Source: Gammaproteobacteria bacterium (lineage in GTDB: Bacteria; Pseudomonadota; Gammaproteobacteria; Steroidobacterales; UBA11654). From it: a stretch of 64,000 nt of DNA. This document shows positions 59,686-64,000 of the stretch, in pieces; positions within the stretch are counted from its first letter, which is position 1; each line of letters begins with the position of its first letter. Below the pieces are notes generated by a model that had not been told where the DNA came from, ran no database searches, and saw nothing but the letters and a program-made list of their open reading frames with translations. The translations under genes and the position numbers were made by a program. The stretch lies in the NCBI GenBank assembly GCA_029242945.1, contig JAQWSZ010000017.1, positions 14,970-78,969 of the forward strand, written 5' to 3'.

Positions 59686-61728
59686 TTAATTTTTTGCTAA
59701 ATTCTCATTGAAGAATGTTTGCATTCTAGAATACAGTTCAATTCTGTTCTCTTCCAAAACGAAACCATGACCTTCTTCTTTCTTAATTAAGACTTCATAA
59801 GGGATATTTTTTTTATCCAGGGCATCCATTAGTGTTTCCGCTTGCTCAATTCTGACATTGTAATCTTTCCTACCATGCACAATAAACAGAGGCGCTTTAA
59901 TCTTATCTATATGAAAATTCGGCGAGGTTTTTTTAAGTTGCTCAATATCTTCTTTGGGATCAATAACATGATTTTTGAACCACCGATTTAAACGCTCCAC
60001 CCATCTGCCATTTTGTTCATAGAGCATTTTCATATCCCAAATGCCAACATAATTAACTGCACAACGATACAGCTCTGGCGTTAGAGTAATTCCAGCCATA
60101 GTGGCATACCCACCATAACTGGCTCCATAAATACAAACGTGCTCAGGATCAGCTATACCTTGATCAATTGCCCATTGAACGCCGTCACTGATATCGTCTT
60201 GCATTTCAAGACCCCATCTTTTATAGCCAATTTTTTCAAAGCGTTTCCCATATCCTCCTGAACCTCTATAATTAATTTGCATGACTGCATAGCCTTGATT
60301 AGCAAAGAATTGTGTTTCAGGATTAAATCGCCATTGGTCTTGAACACCAAATGGACCTCCATGAGGATTAATAATCAGTGGTAGATCCTTTCCATTACTA
60401 TCAATCGGGACAGTCAAAAAAGCAAAAATTGTCTCACCATCTCTAGCTTCAAAAGTAATTGGTTTCATTTTAGACATCGTTTTTGGATCTATCCAAGGCC
60501 TTGTAGATCCAAGGTAAACGATGCTGTTTTTGTTGCTATCATAGAGATAATATTCACCAGGATTAGTATCGCTTGCAATCGTAAGGATCATTTTTTCTGC
60601 ATACTCGCTCATTGAAGCAATCCCTACATAATCAACCCCAAAAGCATTTTTGAATCCTTCAATAAGGCTTTCCCATTTGGTATTAATGTAATGTCTTTGA
60701 GGCTTAGTATCGATATCATTGTAAAGAATTGTGACAGGCTCTCCTGTCGGAGTGAAGCCAAGATTAGTAACATCGGTGCCTTCGTTTTCAAATACATCTT
60801 CCATGTCTCCAGTTTGAGGATCAAACAAACTAACGGAATATGTATCTTGCCCTAGGTTAGAGGTCACATAGATCTTTTCATTGTTCTCTGTAAATCCCAG
60901 TAATCCCCAACCATTTTGCATTCCTTCAAAACGATCGATTTCTGTCCAGTCTGATTCTGCATCATCTCTGTACATAATTTGTGTTTCAAAGTTCAGAGAT
61001 TCTTCATCTTGCATAGCGGCCAATCGAACGACCCCATCATTATCAGCTCCCCAACTGATTACAGGACCTGGAGGAGCAATGAGTCTTCTAAATTTACCTG
61101 TATAGACATTCATTCTATACACATCCATAATGCTTCTTTTTCGTTGATTTCTCATTACCAGAATATGTTCAGGATCAAATGGCAACAGGTTTAGTATTTC
61201 AGTTCTGATGACTTTGGAGCGAGTCACAGCATCTTCTGGTTTGACTAATTGCTTGTCTTTGGTTCCATCTTTATTGACCCCATAAATACCAATTGAATCT
61301 ATAGACCCAGTCATATCATTGAGTTGATCGCCACCAGTGGTAAAAATAATTCGATCATTGTTAGCCCAAAAGAAGCTATTCACGTTTTGACTTCTGAGTT
61401 GGGTTATACGAATTCGTTTACATTTAGAAATAATTCCATTTTGACAATCTTCATTGTCATCATTTAATGAGAAGACGATAATATTTCTTCTGCTAACATC
61501 ACAAAAATCAACTACACCTGATTTCTTTCTTCGGTTTTGTTTTCTACACTGAGCAACCGTTTCTTTATTAATATTCAATGGGGTGAGTGCAGCCATATAT
61601 TGCCCATCGGGCGATAATTGAGGACCTAGCATTGCTGGATCTTTAAAGAAATGCTCTACCGGGAATTCTTCTACAGCAACTGCACTAACGCTTAAAGTGA
61701 GTGCAAAACATAATATTAGTTTTTTCAT
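59686..61728 (-). CDS. S9 family prolyl oligopeptidase / acylaminoacyl peptidase, secreted
   Basis: Signal peptide from MKKLI (ATG 61728), PHGGP, NYRGSGGYG, GASYGG nucleophile, HGRKD and EGHGF. Confidence 0.93.
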   Translation of the reverse strand: MKKLILCFALTLSVSAVAVEEFPVEHFFKDPAMLGPQLSPDGQYMAALTPLNINKETVAQCRKQNRRKKSGVVDFCDVSRRNIIVFSLNDDNEDCQNGIISKCKRIRITQLRSQNVNSFFWANNDRIIFTTGGDQLNDMTGSIDSIGIYGVNKDGTKDKQLVKPEDAVTRSKVIRTEILNLLPFDPEHILVMRNQRKRSIMDVYRMNVYTGKFRRLIAPPGPVISWGADNDGVVRLAAMQDEESLNFETQIMYRDDAESDWTEIDRFEGMQNGWGLLGFTENNEKIYVTSNLGQDTYSVSLFDPQTGDMEDVFENEGTDVTNLGFTPTGEPVTILYNDIDTKPQRHYINTKWESLIEGFKNAFGVDYVGIASMSEYAEKMILTIASDTNPGEYYLYDSNKNSIVYLGSTRPWIDPKTMSKMKPITFEARDGETIFAFLTVPIDSNGKDLPLIINPHGGPFGVQDQWRFNPETQFFANQGYAVMQINYRGSGGYGKRFEKIGYKRWGLEMQDDISDGVQWAIDQGIADPEHVCIYGASYGGYATMAGITLTPELYRCAVNYVGIWDMKMLYEQNGRWVERLNRWFKNHVIDPKEDIEQLKKTSPNFHIDKIKAPLFIVHGRKDYNVRIEQAETLMDALDKKNIPYEVLIKKEEGHGFVLEENRIELYSRMQTFFNENLAKN

Positions 61729-61767
61729 ATAATAACCTTGTCCTAGGAACATTAAACAAAAAGATAC

Positions 61768-61780
61768 TAAAGATCTAGTT
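61768..61780. repeat. 13-bp direct repeat TAAAGATCTAGTT, copy 1
   Basis: Identical copy at 62247-62259. Confidence 0.7.
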
Positions 61781-61817
61781 GATATGTAAAATATTGATTG
61801 ATGTTTTTCTCAAAACA

Positions 61818-62213
61818 TTATCTATTATTATTTCTGTTCCAGCGAACTAAATTTTGCATTTTGATTCGTCTTAAAAATACTTTGTATTTGTAGTCTTCTT
61901 CTTGCCATTCTTTTAACCATTGCTCACCATCCCTTTCCGCATCTATAAAGACTGCATTGGTAATCATCATTGGAATTAAAATTGATCCATGGATGACAAG
62001 ACTTGCTATGATACTGTAATTAATGAAACCCAAATAATATATGGTAATTAATCCGAAGAATACACACCATATAGAAAATAAAATTAACATGAAGTATGCC
62101 TGTAGACTTGGATCAGGTACATATTTTAATGGATTGTATTTGACATCCATTACACTTCTCCAAGTATTAAGTAAAAACATGATTGTTCTTCTGAATAAGT
62201 TTGGTTTGTTCAT
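61818..62213 (-). CDS. hypothetical membrane protein (2 TM)
   Basis: GGAG RBS upstream. WRSVMDVKYNPLKYVPD is followed by two hydrophobic helices. Confidence 0.8.
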   Translation of the reverse strand: MNKPNLFRRTIMFLLNTWRSVMDVKYNPLKYVPDPSLQAYFMLILFSIWCVFFGLITIYYLGFINYSIIASLVIHGSILIPMMITNAVFIDAERDGEQWLKEWQEEDYKYKVFLRRIKMQNLVRWNRNNNR

Positions 62214-62246
62214 TTGTATCTATACTCTCCATAATGTAAAAAATAA

Positions 62247-62259
62247 TAAAGATCTAGTT
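62247..62259. repeat. 13-bp direct repeat TAAAGATCTAGTT, copy 2
   Basis: Identical to 61768-61780. Confidence 0.7.
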
Positions 62260-62289
62260 CATGATTAAAAAATTTTGTACTATTTTATA

Positions 62290-63141
62290 ATGTCACGATT
62301 AAAATCTTATCTACTCTCTTTCTTTTATTTAACTCTCACTCTATCTTTCGAAGTGAGTCAAGCTTCGGATTGCTTAAAATTAATAGAAGACAATCAATGT
62401 ATCGAAGCAGTTAATACTTGCAAGGTTGAGGCTAGTGATGGCGATCTTAATTCTCAGCTATTGTATGGCTATTTACTGAGCAAGACCTCTAATGGTGATT
62501 TTAGAAGAAATTATAAAAAGTCTGTCCAATCTATTCGTACTGCTGCAGAGCAAGATTATACGAAAGCCCAACTGGCTATGGCAGAAATGTATATGAATGG
62601 TGAGGCTTTACCAATGAATGCTAAAAAAGCGAAACAATGGTATGAAAAAGCAGCTGAGAAAGGAGATCTTGATGGCATTAATGGCTTAGCTCGATTATAT
62701 CGTTATGGCACAGGCGTTCGGAAGAATTACGAGCGATCATTCGAGCTGTATGACCAAGCAGCATCACTAAATCATATTAGGTCTCAAGTAGGATTAGGAT
62801 TATCCTATCGCGATGCTAAGGGCACAAACAAGAATTTAGTGAAAGCCTATGCTTGGTTGTCTATAGCCTCTGATAATATCAGCGATGCTTCTTTCAAAAA
62901 ACTTCAGAAAGATTATGAGGATGAAAGAAAAACCATTGATAAATCCAAATCCCAATGCAAATATATTGCAAAAATAGATGAGTTCAGCGAGAGAATGGCT
63001 ATAGGTTATGCAAAAAGAGCACTGTTTGATTTAAAGAAAAGAATGAGCTTAAAGCAGATTAAAAAAGCAAAAAACTTAGTCATAGAAATAAAAAAAGAGC
63101 GGGCTCTCACCCGCTCTTTGGATTCATCCAGCGATTCTTAA
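62290..63141 (+). CDS. Sel1-repeat periplasmic protein
   Basis: Signal peptide from MSRLK. Repeats AQLAMAEMYMNGE..A.QWYEKAAEKG, LARLYRYGTGV and LGLSYRDAKGT..AYAWLSIA. Confidence 0.88.
   Translation: MSRLKSYLLSFFYLTLTLSFEVSQASDCLKLIEDNQCIEAVNTCKVEASDGDLNSQLLYGYLLSKTSNGDFRRNYKKSVQSIRTAAEQDYTKAQLAMAEMYMNGEALPMNAKKAKQWYEKAAEKGDLDGINGLARLYRYGTGVRKNYERSFELYDQAASLNHIRSQVGLGLSYRDAKGTNKNLVKAYAWLSIASDNISDASFKKLQKDYEDERKTIDKSKSQCKYIAKIDEFSERMAIGYAKRALFDLKKRMSLKQIKKAKNLVIEIKKERALTRSLDSSSDS
63090..63119 (-). terminator. Rho-independent terminator of the TonB receptor gene, lying inside the Sel1 CDS
   Basis: The minus strand reads AAAGAGCGGG-TGAGAG-CCCGCTCTTT into a T7 tract, starting 22 nt after the receptor stop. 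Confidence 0.8.
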
Positions 63142-64000
63142 TTAAAGGCTTTGATCGTATCGGAAATAAACGACTCTTCCTCTTGAGTCATAGAGGCTGA
63201 AGTCCCAAGGCTCAAATCCATAAACATCTCCATTGATCTCAGGGTCCTCATTGCTTAGGTTTACAGCACCCACTGTTAATGATGCATTCCAAGGGAGTTG
63301 ATAACCTACTTGTAGCCCCATTTCAAAGTGGCTTCCAATATTATATTTTGTACCTGCAATCTCTTGTTCTTGGGCTGACATATAATACCCTGTTAAGGCA
63401 GCTGACCAATCGCCTTTACCCCAATATAGATGTGGATTCATTCTCAAATCAGGCAATCCTAATTCTCCTTGATACTCTATTTTTGGACTATCGGAAAAGC
63501 GTTGAGAAATATATTTAGTGTATTTCGCTGCATTCAGACCTATATCAAATCGTCCCATATTATCAGTCTCAATGATATAGGACACATCAAAGTCAATACC
63601 TTCAGCTTCTACACCTTCAAAGTTATTTCTTTCAATAGTACAGTAATCAAGTGTTCCATTGGCTTTTCTTACGCAATCATTAGGTTGCCCTGCTGCTTCA
63701 GCATTAAGCTCTCTTTGCAGAGTATTGGTTGAAATCAGATTGGTAAAATCTGTATGCCAAAATCCTACTTGAATCGTTAATGTTGGCAAAGGGGACATAA
63801 CAACACCAAATGTGTAACTTGTCGAGTACTCTGGTTTTAAGTTTTTATTACCTGTATTGATGATTCGATACTGTCTTGCACTACAGGTGACAATACCTGC
63901 TTGACACCCCTTAACATCAACTGCATAAGGAAAGCTTTCTGATGCATTACCATACAAGTCATTGTAAGCAGCAGCACGAAATCCTTCACTATAGGTTCCT
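63142..64000 (-). CDS. TonB-dependent receptor, C-terminal part (5' end outside window)
   Basis: GNKNLKPEYS, alternating beta-strands, GAVNLSNEDP and YDSRGRVVYFRYDQSL. The frame continues to the window edge. Confidence 0.92.
   Translation of the reverse strand, partial: GTYSEGFRAAAYNDLYGNASESFPYAVDVKGCQAGIVTCSARQYRIINTGNKNLKPEYSTSYTFGVVMSPLPTLTIQVGFWHTDFTNLISTNTLQRELNAEAAGQPNDCVRKANGTLDYCTIERNNFEGVEAEGIDFDVSYIIETDNMGRFDIGLNAAKYTKYISQRFSDSPKIEYQGELGLPDLRMNPHLYWGKGDWSAALTGYYMSAQEQEIAGTKYNIGSHFEMGLQVGYQLPWNASLTVGAVNLSNEDPEINGDVYGFEPWDFSLYDSRGRVVYFRYDQSL

Overview
AT-rich, densely coded bacterial window whose gene content and order point to a streamlined, probably marine, gammaproteobacterium (inferred from proteins, not from a marker gene). 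1-21 kb is core: acs end, MATE, gabD, gltBD, trmB, rpoH with a perfect CIRCE operator, rsmD-coaD-ggt-mutM, rpmBG, dut, pyrE, xth, ampG. 21-41.5 kb is accessory catabolism: an orphan Rieske oxygenase, a degenerate tyrosine integrase bounded by a 10-bp direct repeat, frmA, a UbiD-family decarboxylase, two nitrilase-family paralogues (one lacking the catalytic Cys), MFS, amidohydrolases, a lone Tat-exported type II DMSO-reductase-family molybdoenzyme alpha subunit, a kappa-GST-like protein, a CoA ligase and a bicupin. After mutY-yggX-tRNA-Phe sits a pair of unknown genes: a 73-aa hydrophobic hairpin protein and, past a terminator, an apparent paralogue with a ~115-aa coiled-coil insert. The rest holds an RND pump, a gamma-glutamylation polyamine cluster with spermidine dehydrogenase, an S9 peptidase, a Sel1 protein and a TonB receptor 3' end. 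The best candidates for undescribed systems are the 43.4-44.3 kb paralogue pair and the 26.4-41.5 kb catabolic island. All family calls come from motif recognition, without database searches.
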